Assembly (NCBI GenBank): GCA_002633005.1
Contig: NMRA01000018.1
Coordinates: 22,683 to 86,682, forward strand
DNA: 64,000 bases
Direction of reading: 5' to 3'
DNA from: Phoronis australis
Lineage: Eukaryota > Animalia > Phoronida
Shown here: positions 12,093-26,604 of the stretch, piece by piece
Numbering within the stretch: position 1 is the stretch's first letter
How the letters are laid out: the number at the start of each line of letters is the position of its first letter
Notes under the pieces: generated by a model
The model's database searches: none
What the model was told of the DNA's origin: nothing
What the model saw: only the letters and a program-made list of their open reading frames with translations
Translations under genes and position numbers: made by a program

Positions 12093-14999
12093 CAGGTTCC
12101 AGCATTGTTCAACGCACGCCTGGTGTGAGCACTTGCTGTGAAAACAATTTATAGCGGTATCTCGCGAAGACTTGGGTGCTTCTTAAGTTTACGGGACGCA
12201 GGCCTGATATCTTAGTTCTTCCAATCTCGGCAGGCACTCCCAATATAGATGAGGATGAAAATATCCCTACCACTTGTCACCATAGTTTCCTGTACCCGTA
12301 ATGGTAATTAGGCGCATGCGCCTATAACTGAAACATTTGAGTTAAACCGAGAAGCAAGTAAATGAATCTCGACTCATCAGTTACAAGACGATAGACGTTG
12401 ACATTCATTCAGTGTAACACTGATTGGTAAAAAACCGTGTGGACCAAAACATAAGAATGAAAGCGATAGAGAGCGACACCAGACGAAACTGATCCGGTGA
12501 GGATGAGATTGTGCGAAAACGTTCAATGTTGCTAGTTTGATTCAAAATGACCCGTCAAAACATGTCAGAATTGATTTACATTCGATTTTAACAAACAGGC
12601 ACCGAACTTTTGACGAAACGTGTTTATGGTTTATCGTCAATAATTTTTTAAATCTTTGAAAAGATTATATATCATCCTCAAAGGTCTAAACATGCGTATA
12701 GCCATGGTAGTTCATGTATGCTACAATATTGTATAGACCACCATAGAAATAATGGCAATGGTCTTTTCGTAGTGGAATTCTATCTTACGTATTTCATGTA
12801 TTTCAATTACCCGTGTGTTTGTGTAATTCTGTTTGGTTACAATGACATAAGCGCATGTTGACATAACAAGCAAATCACGTGGAATTAACAAGGCATGAGA
12901 CGTCACAGATATTTTTTAATTGTGTAGATGTAATATTGTGAAGATGGTTCCCAAGTACAATGTCGAAACGAGGTTATCAGAGGTAGGGTAACATAGCACG
13001 ACCAGATACGTCAAAGCACGTGCGCGTGGCCGGAGCATCCAGTGTGGCGGGTGTATTACGTCAAATCACGTACCCGTGGCCGGGGTATTCAGTGAGCCGG
13101 TTGTATTTAATTTAGCTGACTGGAATCTTGGCAGGGGTTATTTTTGTAATTGTTATACGTGCACGATACTCAATTGTGCAGAATAGAATTACGAAACTGA
13201 TTCACTAAGGAAGCGATCTGATTGGAAAAGGCCAAGCGTGTAAAAGCAATTTCGTTGTATTGTTATTGCAAAGAAAGAACTCCAAGTTCCTATAAATTTT
13301 ATATGATCCATCACGGTGCGATTACTTCAAGTCCCATTAAAAGAAAGTGAACGTGTTCAACGTAGTTTGATTGTAGTTCGTTCCTCCAAATTCGGAAACC
13401 TTGCGGCACGTTTTCTTTCACAAGAAAGGAGGCAATTTGCGGAAGAAAATTATTTCAAAACATTCCGTGGGGTACACACCGCGTCGTTATTACCTCCGTT
13501 GTTTTGGGAAGAAAGTGTCTCATTTTAAGTGTTGAGTGTCAATGATCGATCGAACTTCATTATTATCGTAACATCGGAATGCCGTGTGTGGGACGAAGCG
13601 CTAATACCTTTTTGTTTTCACCCGGTGAGAACCCCAGTTTTAGGACTCGCAGTGTGACTGGTATTCTTGATATGCAGCGCACTGTGGCCGACACACGAAC
13701 AGCAAATACTATCTTGAAATTAATTATGTTAGATTCTTTTGAAATGAACCAGTGGAGAGTACGTTTTCGCTCAAATGGTTCGTGTTAGATTTATTTAATT
13801 AAGTTTTAACAATAACGTGACTTGGAGCATCTATAAAACAGTCACAAAATGGACAATAAACGGTATCCTTTTACCCATTACCGGATGTCGTGTCCGGACA
13901 AAGATTGGCTTGTTTTACACTCCTTCACAGTGCCACAGGTGGCGCTGTGTCAGAAGGTAGCCTTGTTTCACATTTTTTCGTCTGCGAACGTTTCATAAAA
14001 AGTAGTTGTTGGTCGTTGAAAGTTGGGCTGCCATCGATTGTAACGTGGTGTCAAGAAGATACTCGGAGCAAATTTGACTCCATATTTTATTTCGATACTT
14101 ATTTTAAAAGATTAGATTTTCTTTATACGTCTAGTGAAAAGATGAACTTTTGTTGACGCATAAAAGTTATTTTTTTATCCATCTTTTGTGACTTATTTAC
14201 GTGGTTGACTGCAAAAATACTAAGGATTGGCAACACATAGTGGAGATTAGTTTGATTATAATACACCTTTATCTAAAGCGATCTTGATCCTTCAGGGCTT
14301 ATTTATTTCCGTCTTGTTCTACTGTAGGCCTACGTGTTATACAAGTTGATTTTTTCATTAAAATAAATAAAATTTTCAGAATTCCTTTATGTCTGTCTAG
14401 TAGGTATCTTCTTGGCCTGAGGTAAAAACCCATGTGGTCAATTTAGTGGGGGTCCCATTCCCACGTGGTCTAAGAAGTGTAGTCACGTTCTTCCAACAGC
14501 CGACGATAAATGTGGCTGGTTTTGTACTCGTGGGTTCAGGAGTCTAAGGTAACACTAAATCAGAACGATATTATCATCTATTCACGCTCGTATCATTTCG
14601 GTGCTTCCCGAAACGTGAAATTACTTTCCTTTCTGTAAACATGATATCTTGGTGCGATTTCGTAGTTACAGAAGCAGGCAGCGTAAAATTAACAAGATCA
14701 AAGAGTCGTCTGTAATATGCCCGCGTTGTATTGCGCTGTGCTGTCCTGAATCGTCTGCGCGACGAGGAATCTTCCTCAACTTCGTTTAGCGTCCGATAAA
14801 GTTGGAGAAATTTGACTTAACCATATTCTATCCATAAAACTGTGACTACACTTCGCCAGGATTTACATAAGTAATGTCAAGAAATATTTACCGTATTTCC
14901 AGACTCCCAGTGTTACTGCTGGATCCGCGCCTAAGTAAAAGCAATCGAACCAAACGAAGTTACTCTGATTGTTAACCACCGTATGTCAGAACCTGTAAC

Positions 15000-15296
15000 C
15001 AAGGAGTGTACGAGTATAGGAGAGTTCACNACAGAACACACAAAATGAAAGACAATGTATCGTATTATTGAATAACTGACAATCCTTACCTTTCTGGATC
15101 CTTAGGAAACCTACAAAATGACACGTCTGGGGTTTTCGTGGATGAATTCATGCAATTTATCGCACTGCAAAATGCGTCCGTCCCCATTGTTTTGGCGCTT
15201 CCTGGTTGACCGTAGCTTGTTCACCACTTGGCGGCGCTAGTAGTAGCGGTAACAGCGAACTCACAAGTGAACTCTCCTATACTACTACACTCCTTG
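15000..15296 (-). mobile_element. P-superfamily DNA transposon (gapped or internally deleted) carrying a THAP-domain first exon
   Basis: TIR CAAGGAGTGTA(cg/gt)AGTATAGGAGAGTTCAC at both ends; 7-bp TSD CTGTAAC (14993-99, 15297-303). Exon 15090-15187 encodes MGTDAFCSAINCMNSSTKTPDVSFCRFPKDPE(R) and ends at donor gtaagg. N join at 15030. Confidence 0.85.
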
Positions 15297-16162
15297 CTGT
15301 AACCAAGTCCTGTGTAGGACCGAACTCCACCAATGTACATGTACTATCAGCCGGGCGACACTCCACGGAGCGTTGTTGGGCGATTACAGTTATTGCGTGT
15401 CACTTATGCCTATCCTAAATTTTCAAACGACATCATTCACAGTATCATTACCTGTTTATAACGCTTTATCACCGGTAAAACAACTCGCATCGACCCGGCC
15501 GATAAATAGCAAATTCCCAGTCAATACACAAGTTCACGTCAATATGCAGTCATCCAGATGTTTACAGGCCAACGAGTGCGAACCGATGTGATTCGGGTGT
15601 TAGTGTCCCGGCTTTTGCGAGGGAAGGGTCGTTTGTTCAGTGGTTGTAAAGGGATCATTCAATGCAAGATAACTCAGTGACCGATCAAATAACTGTCACC
15701 AGACCAACTGATTGTTCATTGTGAGTAACCATTATCGGTGAACACAGAGCTGCGTTCCTCACTATTTGTTTACGCGCTGTCTCGTTCCGGCCAACGACCT
15801 CAAATTACCACCGACATTTGGCGACGAAGTTTGTCTCAAGACCACAGAAACATCTTTTCGAATCTTTCGCTTTGGATTTGAAAAACACTTGATGTCATAT
15901 CACTCTACGTTATATACTCTGTCCTGGTTACGTCACGTTTCGGGTCAGCGCAGGTGAATCGCTAAAAATGTCTTCAATACTTCTAGATCTGTTTCTCAAA
16001 GTCTGTTTGTCACTAAACTGGTCATGTTGTTTTCTAGAACTTACTTGGGAAAGTATTTTTAAACAATACCCGCCTGTGGCCCTGTAATATTGGTGTGGTG
16101 GAAATGAACGGTCTGAGTTTAGAGGATTTCCACAGCTTCTTACATAGGATACGAGAAGACTG

Positions 16163-16319
16163 CAGGGGCGGACAAGGATTTTGAGTTAAGGGGGGCCAGT
16201 GCAGAGTGTTAGCCAGGATTTTGCCCGTCAGACCTTTGCACCCCCCAAACTGCCAAATGGAATCTGGAAAAATTTTAGGGGGGCATGACCCCCTTGGCCC
16301 CTCTCTAAATCCGCCATTG
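16163..16319. mobile_element. hAT-like MITE
   Basis: Ends CAGGGGCGGA..TCCGCCATTG with G/C-run interior; flanks gactg/gagtg. Confidence 0.55.
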
Positions 16320-19300
16320 GAGTGTCTCCCTAACAGGGTCCCTTTTAAAGCGAAGGTAACATCTGGAAGTATAGTCCTAGGTAACATGTTGAAATCCTGG
16401 TTAGAATTCATTATGCGATGATGAAGACGGGAGTCGAGTATAATATAAAGCAATTATTTTATCATAAAATGAACTTAAATTATTGCCAAACATTTTTTTC
16501 CAAAAAAATGTTCCAAGAGTTATATTCCCATAGTAATTGCTAGGTGATACTGTTGGACAGGAATGGAACTTAATTTGACCAACATATGCACAAGTACAGT
16601 GTTGGATGGGGATAAGGCTGACATCTGCCAGGATTTATATGAACACTGACTGAAGCGTGCACCTCGGTTAACTAGCGCATGGCATATCGCCGCATTCCTT
16701 TACCTCTCGTTTCAACCGATGCTGGAGGCCTAGTGGCCAGTCGAAACAATGTAGCTGAATATGTTATTTAGGCCACGTGCGCCGAGACAGAAGTATGCAG
16801 ATTTATAAGTGTGCTGCACTCGGAAAGGTTATAGTATATTGATGCGACACTACAGCCCTCTACAGACGGTGTATACTGTGACTAAATTCGATGAATGTGG
16901 TCACTGGAACAGATTTGAACAATGGTTGTTGCTTGCATGGGATTACGTAACATAAGAGACATCCATGCTGTTTGAAGGGCGGACGCTTGTAACGAGGGTC
17001 CAAAACCCGAGAGTGCTCCGATTGAAGAGGTACACCGGACTAGCAGCTCAGAGGGTGACTTTTTCACGACCACGAAAGCAGCATTTTTATTCGCATCAGC
17101 AGGGTTCGCTATCAGAATTCGGAACTTTACAAGGATAAATTTTGTCCAGCTACGTATACACAAGAGTTTTCAAAAGGGCGAGGATTATAAGTGTAATGAA
17201 TCCCTTTCGAAACGTGTTTCAGGAACAACGGGTATCCTTAACTTTTCTCAGCCTCATTCCCATCAAAAATAGTCAGGTAACCCTCGGGACCACTGACAGA
17301 TAATCTCGGTTTTCTCTTCTGTCTGTTGCGGGCTCTGAGCGCATATTATATCCCAGTAGAAAACATGTTTGTTCCCTGTCACGTGTTTAGTAAACAAGCG
17401 TACAATATTGGTTTTCGCCAGTATTATGGACAATAGACCAAAGATTTGCTTATCCTCGGAGTCCACGGTGCGTGGTGTGGACAAGAAGCGGGTCGGCTAT
17501 TCACTGGCTGGTTACACCAAAATAAACAATGGTTACCAAAAGAAAACTAAACGATATCTATGTATAAATTTCTGACCAAGGCGAGACATTAACTACGGTC
17601 ATGTTAATGGGATAAGTTCTCGCAAATTAGTAATAGAAATAATGAAAATGACTGCAATAGTTTAACACTCTAGTAAGTGACATATCGCTACATGCGGAGG
17701 TACAACGGCCTCGGACACAATGCCCTGGGGTACAGGGCCCGGAGATACAACGGAGACTCTTGATGGCTTTCAACAGATGACAAGCGCGACGTTCAATGAA
17801 TGGATTAAGTCATGACCTTCGAGGAACTAATTAATATTTCAGCATCATCGACACGTGACATTTATCTAGTTCTTTCGCTCGTCCAACAAAGTGTGCGGTG
17901 TGTCCACTAAAATGAATGTTGTCGCAGTAAATAATACGTAGATTTAGCAAATCGTCACCGCTTTAATCTGTCCGATTTTGTCATAATGAATCGTAGGCTA
18001 TATTGAGCCCATTGTGTGCGTTATATTCACCAGGTTACAAAAAAGATTTATACAGCGTTGGAACTCAGTTAATAGTTGCGTTCTTACCTCATAACTTAAC
18101 TGCAAAATTCCACAACAGAACATTTGGTTAAACAACCGTTCAGAAGTCAAAACCTTATGATATCTCACCATTCGCCAGTTCCCAGCATATAGACGTTGTT
18201 TTCATAATTAAGTAGATGAGTAAAATAATTTGTACGTGTATTGTAACTAATTACGTTGAATACTTACACGTTAATTGCTCACCAGGCGCTCGATAATAAA
18301 GTCCTTTCAAAGCGAAATTATGATTAATATCTCCGAGGCCCAAACAATCAAGAATCGATAACAACCAATTGTTCAGTGTTGTAAAATCGCTTGCAGGTAT
18401 CGTGCTGTTAACATCCCGTCATGTCTGACGAAGTAGCAATCTGTCGATTTGGCACTGGCACAAATTTCTCGGTCAAATTTTCGACTGTGGCGTTAACCGA
18501 CGCAGTACCACGGCCGCAACAGAGCACTGTTTCGATTGAAAGTGAAGATAACTTGCAGAACACGTAGGGCCTATCTCTTCCCACGCAAAGCAGACGAGAC
18601 ACACGTTTCCGAACAGCACAGGGCTCCCCGACAATGCAATAGCACGTTAACTGCGCCAACGTTTTTAGAGTGTACAAAATCAACAGCCCGGATCAACAGA
18701 TGGTAACAACGTTTGCGTGTTCCGCCTTGTAAATGTCTTCACAATTTATGTTATCAATTATATATACAAACGATGTTTGTATTTAATTGTGTTTACAATA
18801 CGGACGAGTCCATTAGCATAAGGGTGTACAGAGAGGGCTTTATGTCAATATTTGTTTTCGATTTAACCAGCGTACACACCAGATGCGGCGCTAGTAGAAT
18901 TAATATTTAATTAGAGAATATATACCTGAGTTTTTAGCCTTTGAATTTTTTATTTCAACATGTATACCCAATCGAAAATCTATTCTGGACTATTTCTATA
19001 TTATGTCTTGGTCTTCCAAATTACATAACTTAAAGATGGACGAGCAATGTAAATTTTGTGAATATTGGGTTGTAATAATGAATAATAACGTTAACCAAAT
19101 TGATTGGATTTGCATGGGTGAAATATAGTCGTAATCTAGGAGACTAATATCTTATATGAATAGGCAGCGTATAGTCGGGGTCTCCCATCATTGCAGAAGG
19201 GAAGGGGGACGATGTTCGTCAACGGGACAGGGGATTCCAGCCAGGACTGTAAGCGGCGTCAGGCCACAAGTGCAAGAGATAAACGAGGCGTGAATTTGGT

Positions 19301-19583
19301 AACGAAGGGGGGGTAGGGTGATACGACATCGCCTGGGTGGCGATCCGGTGTCGGGGGACGCCCAACGACGAACAAAAGCGGTCCAAGTACACGACACCCG
19401 AGTCCTAACGTTTCTGTGCAATCACATATTCGTTTCAGTCTTTATCTGTTTGGCAGGATCGGACGGCTGGAGTCTTGATGCGTTCTTTCGGCACCGACAC
19501 AATACGTGTGCATCTTCTGCGAGGTCAACAATCAGGTTTATGAACCGAAAGACGTGACTGTTAGCCCACTAGACAGTGGATTG

Positions 19584-19817
19584 CTCTCTCTCTCTCCCTC
19601 TCCCTCTCCCCCTCCCTCTCCNNNNNNNNNNNNNNNNNNNNNNNNNNNNNNNNNNNNNNNNNNNNNNNNNNNNNNNNNNNNNNNNNNNNNNNNNNNNNNN
19701 NNNNNNNNNNNNNNNNNNNNNNNNNNNNNNNNNNNNNNNNNNNNNNNNNNNNNNNNNNNNNNNNNNNNNNNNNNNNNNCCTTCCTCCCTCCCTCGCTCCC
19801 TCCCTCTCACTCTCTCT
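19584..19817. repeat. CT/CCCT microsatellite flanking the assembly gap 19622-19778
   Basis: Pyrimidine repeats on both sides of the N run. Confidence 0.9.
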
Positions 19818-22800
19818 GATAATATTAAAACAGATTATTGCTTTTAAAGAATTTAAGAAAAAATATACAACCACCTGTGCTAAACGCAATGGCCATATTC
19901 TTAACCCTTAACCATTCTTTAACCATAATCTAATATAAGATCCTATAAAAATGGCCAAATTTGTCTCAATTGGGCAAATCATATATCAGAGATGGCTGAT
20001 ATTATTCCTATGACTTTCTTTTCGGATAATATGCTTTGTGTTCTGTTCTCAAAAAATGCTAAAAATTGTTTTTAAAATGTTACACTTTTAAATATGGGTT
20101 TATCAAAAAATAGAACTTTCATGAAAAATCTTTAAAGTTGCGTGATACGAATACAAAACGGTATTTTAGAAAAATATAACAGCTTTTTTGATAACTCAAC
20201 ATTTCCGTCAAATAAAATTTGATCATGGTACCGATACTGTTGTCTTGTTGTAGCCCTATACAATTCTTTTTTGCTAAAAAAACATGATGACGTGACCTAC
20301 TTACTAACAAATTGGTAAATAGTCAAAAATAAAAATCTACAGTCTTTGTACTTTCAGAGAACTTCAAACTTTTATTAAGTTAAAATCGGCAATTTTTAAG
20401 ATATTTTGCTAAATGCACGGACACGTGGATATGGTGCTACATAACCTTAAATGTATTTTATTTATGTATTTATTTAACTGGGTATGCTTTAATTGTTTTT
20501 TTTTTATGTTGCTCATTTCCTAGTTATGTTTTTATGGTAGGTTAGCCTCATTACTTAAAGTGTGGTATCTCGTTAACTGTTGTCCAAAAATATATTCTGT
20601 ATACGACTTCCACTGTACGCGCGGTACTCTAAGGTCGCCGGGAGAGTTGGAAGTACTCCGGGCCTGAAAGTTGTCGACAGTCGTTTTTGGTCGACCGCAT
20701 CCGAGGGGACTAGATGAACGCTCAAGTTGACAAAACGAAATGTATTTTATGGCGCTCAATGATAGCATGAGCAAAGGCGAATTGACATGCGCCTACAATG
20801 CACCGCAAACGGTATGTTTCTAGGGAGCTTATCAGTTTCATCTCGTACAACTGGAGAGTGGAGACACAAAGTACTGGTTCCCTTTAAAAGTAATATCGAA
20901 TCAAAATGTTTTAAAAATGATTGGTTTTCAACAATGCACCAAAACATACCACAAAGAGACACGACAGTACTTGGCATCCGGCGAAAAATGGCAGGTCTAG
21001 TGTAGCGCTTCCTAGTGATACAGCCGATTTTTTGTGTACAGGTTTGACCCTATACCTGGCATCTCCCAGTGTTGAACAGATTCCAACAAGTGCTTCGTCC
21101 GGCATGTCACTTTGACTCTGTATTTGTATCTGCCATGCCACCGGCTGTGGGGAGTACTTAAATTTAATTGAGTCCGCGGCATTCACCACGTACCCTAGTG
21201 ATGCTCTACCTGTACACTCTTCTGCCAAAGGTCAACAAGGTCTGACCAGGAGTTCAGTTTTGAGACGTGGAATGGACGCCCGGATACCTGGACGTCTAAA
21301 CAGGATGACAATAATATGCGGCCATAAACACAAATCCGGGCGGATCAACAGCATGGCCGCGGCTTCATTCCGTAGCGACTGAACAAATTGGAATACCCCA
21401 TTACAGGAATTTGTCATTTACACTGACTTTACAATGCCAATGAACAAGCGATGTTGGTATCCCCCGCCACTATTATGCGCAACGCTGCCCAGAGGCTTCT
21501 GTACTTAAAATCGTCCAGCGATAATCATTCATACTGTTTTCATAGAGTTAATTGAGCGTTGCGAGCACCGTTATAAAATGTACTAAACAATTATGCCTAT
21601 CAAAGTATAAAGTAGCTTTTTGATAAACTACACATTTTCAAGAATCAATGATTCCAGACACAGTATAAGCGGAACAAAAAAGGAAACCGAAATTTGTAAC
21701 TAAATTTACGCTCGTCAAAATAAAAGTGACGTCAGCTGCCTGACTTGTAATTAAGCAGCCCGCGCTCAATTCTCTTCACCTGATTAGACTTGCGCTATAA
21801 GCAACACAAAAGATATGGAAATGATCTGTCTGTACTCGCTAGGTAATGAGTCGATCCAAGCGGGTATTCAACGTAAATGCCAAGTTCATGTCATGTCTAC
21901 CTAATACGGTAAAGATCTCAAGTAGACCAGAACACATCTCAATAATTCTGTCACTCAAACACCAGCCACTTTGATACAAAAAGATTAAAGAATGCGTCGT
22001 GTTCCTCACACTGCAATATTTTCTCATCACCGACATTCAGCTTATTGTCTACAATTCACTACACCCCCCCCCNCGCGATATTTTTATATTTAGACACTAG
22101 AGGTGTATGTTCTAAGTTTTTTGACACGTTTTAAAATATTTTTCCCTAATAATTGAAAATCAAAGCCAACTTGGCAATTGCTTATTTTCCCGGCGAAGAG
22201 TCACGACAACTGTCCGGGAAGCAAAATCAAGCACAGGTGCGAGTTATTGCAATTGAGGTGTGGCGCTCACTGTTTTGAGATAAAACTTGTTTTAGTTGAA
22301 ACATGGCCATGCGAGGGTGTTATTTTTTACATTTTTAGCAGCCATTAAGTAAAACCGGTGCCGATTTGCTGCCAAGTACGCAATGCGCTCACACAACCTG
22401 GTGGTCACACGGCAATTGCTCATTCCAGACTGATATTTTGCATCAGTTTCACGATATTGCGATAAAGGTAAGACATTAGCTGAACTAGAAAGTTTTTTCG
22501 TGTAATTTATCACCTAAACGGGTACTGTTGCTAAATTTGAAGTACCCTCGCGATGACTCAGGGCTGACCTCGGTAGCCGAAGGTTGGTTGCGGGATATGC
22601 GATGTACATGTAGGCCTACTTCATGAACGTATGATTATGCATTATACCATTCGTAAAGAACAGGTAAAATTGGACAATAAATACCCAAGTTTGTATAAAA
22701 AGAACGAAAATGAGAATCGAAAATAGCAAACAAAGTAACAACGCAGTTACGCTCACGTTTTCAAGGACAACATGATCGACATTCAGGAATTGTTCCTGAA

Positions 22801-25800
22801 CCGATGCACAGCAACTCAGGTCACGGAAATAACCGGGAATAGTCGATGATTTGCTGATGATCTCAGCACAAAGTTGTGCTCAAAAAGGCTTTTAGTTTGA
22901 AAGGAGATGAACATTATGCCATGTTACATATTACTTAATTTGGTACGCTTTTAAGCTTTTGAACTTGATTGCCCTTTGAGATAAAGTTTTCAAACATTCA
23001 GTACAGCTTCAGCCCAACAAGCATATTTCTAAATTTCCATCACAAAACTTTTCCACGCTGTGCTTGCGGTCACCGAACTCTAATAGTCACGTTCATTACA
23101 TGTATTTCTCTTATTGTCCCTTAAACGCGAATGAGAAGGCTGAACTCAATGGTATTTTTGACGTGTTAAACAATAAAGCCCAATACATTGATCGTGAAGC
23201 TTGTCTTTTAATCTACGGATTGTTGTCATTATCGTTAGAGGAAAATATTAGCTTGGCTAAAATGATTTCAAATATCGTGTAATGTAGCAGTAGGCACTTT
23301 AATTAAGAACTGATTCGTTACAAGTAATGCGTTTCTTTATGCATATATATTAAATATTGTATTCTCCCTTTCATTTTGTTTGTACACTCATATTACCACT
23401 TGTTACGTAATAATATTTTTGTGAACATTTATTGATTGTTATCTTAGTCTTCATGTAAAGTTTTCGCTTTAGACTGATCATGTTTACAATTGTACTATGG
23501 TCTTGAATTGAACCAAACATTTAACACTGCAAATTGTAGTAGCAGTCAGTGGAGTGACGTCAGATAAATTATCTTTTGAGTTAAACCCTTTTCCGCAGCG
23601 TGACACTGGTCTCAACACTCGTGTTACCCTCGAAACAAGCTCAATTGTCTGCCGGCTTGGAAAAAATGTAGCGCAAATAATGTCCGGCTGCAGCGACGTC
23701 AATAGAGGTCCAGGACCGCAAGAAGCCAAAACTTGCGTCTACCCAAGTAAAGAAATAATCTCGTTAAAAAGTAAACAGAATCAAAAGTTTTTTTTATTTT
23801 CGGAAGGCGGATTTATAATGCATGACGTCCAACGTTGCAATTTATGAGTTACTAGTCGCGGCCACCCATATATCGTCTGTGCACGCTCCGGCAACACAAA
23901 GGAGAAGGTATCCCCGAGACGCAGTTTTCATGACCAGCGGTGACGTAACCTCTGTCACCCGCGGTGACAACTTTGGTCACTGGTTTCGGAGAGAGGTTAA
24001 ATTACGCTCGATCACCTCGTTCCGTGTCAACTTCACCTCCAATCACCGGTGACATGGCATGTCAGTTTCGCTTGCGTAACAAAGTACGTACAGTACGTGT
24101 GATCGCCGGTTTCGGGCCATACATGTACCTATGATTTCTTTTCATCGGTTTTTGAAGTAGGGTAAATTGCAATCGCTCCATCCAAGTCGTCGTGATGCTA
24201 AAAATGCACACAATATTTGTAATTTTGCGTGATTTGGGGCATACGCAATGTTACACTTCTTTGCTTATCCGGTTTCCGATAATGATCAACTCACGTGGCT
24301 GTGACAAATTGTTCGGTCGTGTCAAGGGTTTTGTCGTTTAAAGCGCTAGTGTTATTCGCACCGGAAACAGTGAGGAACTAATGATCGGACGCAAGATGCT
24401 CTGCCTCAAAAGCTCAGGGACAAAACTGAATCTGCGACGACAGCTGGTTCCGTGTCAACTTCTGTTTACAATTCAACATGTCAACTCGCTCCAACGTTGT
24501 TGCTATGTGTCAGCTCGCTCCATGGGTCGGCGGCTTTTCAACGTTTGTATTGCAAGCGGTTGTATTTGAGGCGGAAAAGGGGGGGGGGGCAAGTGTCTCC
24601 GGCCACTCGTGGAGTTAGGGAACAATACGCCCCCGTACAGATTCACAGCAACACCTGGGGGCAGGAGTTAATTCTCACATGATGTGCAGGTGAAACCTCC
24701 GACATGTGGCAGGAGGCAGCGACAGGGGCAGTCGAGAAAAGAAAGCCACGGCTATAACCATTTAGAGCTGAAATTGTGTAGAACGTTTGTCACTTGGAAA
24801 AGTCGAGCAAATTGATTCAGGTTTTCAATTTCAAGAAGGTATTGTAAAGTTATACGCATTTCTTCGGGAATCAACTGATCTGGCATGAGATAATGGAGTC
24901 CGGCTGTATTCATCGGCCTCCTTTATGAAATGTTTTAACTGCTATAATTTAAGGCGGCCCGGTGATACTGTCCATGACTAATCCTGTCTTTCTTGTTTAT
25001 ATCTTTTTTCTTAAGGCGACAGTCAACATTACAAGTGTCCCAATAAATGTTTCCCTGTTCAGAAATCTTACAAGGTTTTACGTCAAGGAAGGAGTTCCCA
25101 TCGACAGAATCACTGTCATTGTCATATTTTGTGAAGTCGTACATTCAACCTTTTATGTAAATATGACCCAATGATGGTGGATAGTGCCCGATGACGTAAT
25201 CAACTCGTGACACTCTTTTTCCTCGAGGCTGGTATTTTAAATGCCATACAGACATTCGCATACAGTTTTTGGGCAACATGTCTTGAATGTTAAATTGATC
25301 TCTTAAATGACCGACGTCCTTAGAGGGGTGGCCCTCGGACAGTTGCCGTTTGCCCTTATAAACCCGGCACTGTCAACTATTTACGAGAGAAGAAACTGGA
25401 CACGTCACATGACCGAATTAAACTAGACATGAATACTATGCGAACCAATACAGCACCAGGACATGCGATCTAAACAACCAAACACGTGCATGGGCGGCGC
25501 ACCGTAAGGCGCTGGTGGGACTATAGCCCCCCCTTTTTTTCAGTGCTACGCCGCACATGGTCTATAGGAGGTGGCAATATTCTCGATGCTGTATGAAAAT
25601 AAAACTATAATTTTTCACAAAAAAAGCTTTGGTGAAAATCGTTTTTAGGAAATCATTTCGATTGAGAGCCCGTACAAAACTCGCTGTGTCGACAAGGCTG
25701 TAGTGTGATCTTTCGAGCATCGTGCACGTGCACAGTGTGCGACGATCGGTGTTTCGTAAGCTAACGGCACAGTGTTCATGGTACAGGATACAGCGTTCAA

Positions 25801-26499
25801 CGATGTTCAATGTACAATGAACATGTTTTAGGGGTGTACTATAAGTAAAGCCAACGTAGACACAAAATTCTGTGATTTTTGGAGTACCAGCTTAACTCAT
25901 AAACCGTAACAGACTGCCACTGGAAAGAACCAAAAATTAAATAAACACAACACGCGCTGAATGCGCCTTTACTCTTATGATTTGTTGCCGTGTGATGGCG
26001 CAACACGTCAAGGTCATTTTCTTCTGTTAATTTAGTAGACCTACATACTTGTGTGTGTGAGTGCGAAAATCAACGGATTTTTTTACTTTTATCAGTTAGT
26101 ACTGTAAGAAATTGATGATGTTTCAATGAACTTTGACGCACACTGGAACTTATGTAGGGCGATGAATGTTAGGCGAACAACATCGATAGCCTTACCCGGA
26201 ACTCCGGTACTAATACACTGTACATGAATATATTGCCCGTTAGGCAGTGTACCGTGGTCTGATACCCCTGAACCTCGCTATTCCAAAGTGCATCGTAATA
26301 GAGCGGACTTTTCCCAAACTGGAGTGGACGCCAATAAAGTAAATTCTGGCACTTTATAAAAACTAATTGCAGCGGTCTGGTACACCTTGTACCAAACGTG
26401 CACAGGTCGCTCGGATGGGTCCTTACACTAATAAGGCTGGTCACCTGTAACCATTTTTATGCTTTATCAAAATATAGATAAAACTGAGCCGAGGAGCTA

Positions 26500-26604
26500 G
26501 ACATTGGACTCAAGGGCCTTAGCAAGGTGCACCAGTGGGACTCGAACCCGCGACCTTGAGTAAAGGAAGCGAACACCTATCACACTAGGTGGCACTGCCT
26601 CCTC
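26500..26604 (-). mobile_element. tRNA-derived SINE head (family A)
   Basis: Reverse complement GAGGAGGCAGTGCCACCTAGTGTGATAGGTGTTCGCTTCCTTTACTCAAGGTCGCGGGTTCGAGTCCCACTG matches 44754-44825. Confidence 0.7.

Noticed and set aside
19150-19575. GC-richer segment resembling a solo LTR or DIRS end
   Set aside because: No second copy, TSD or PBS could be identified.
19506-19911. ORFs spanning the N gap
   Set aside because: Artefacts of Ns and the microsatellite.
20756-21417. Possible decayed THAP or retroelement coding fragments (KYCRVSL, IRLCSCYH)
   Set aside because: Too degenerate; no termini or continuous motif.
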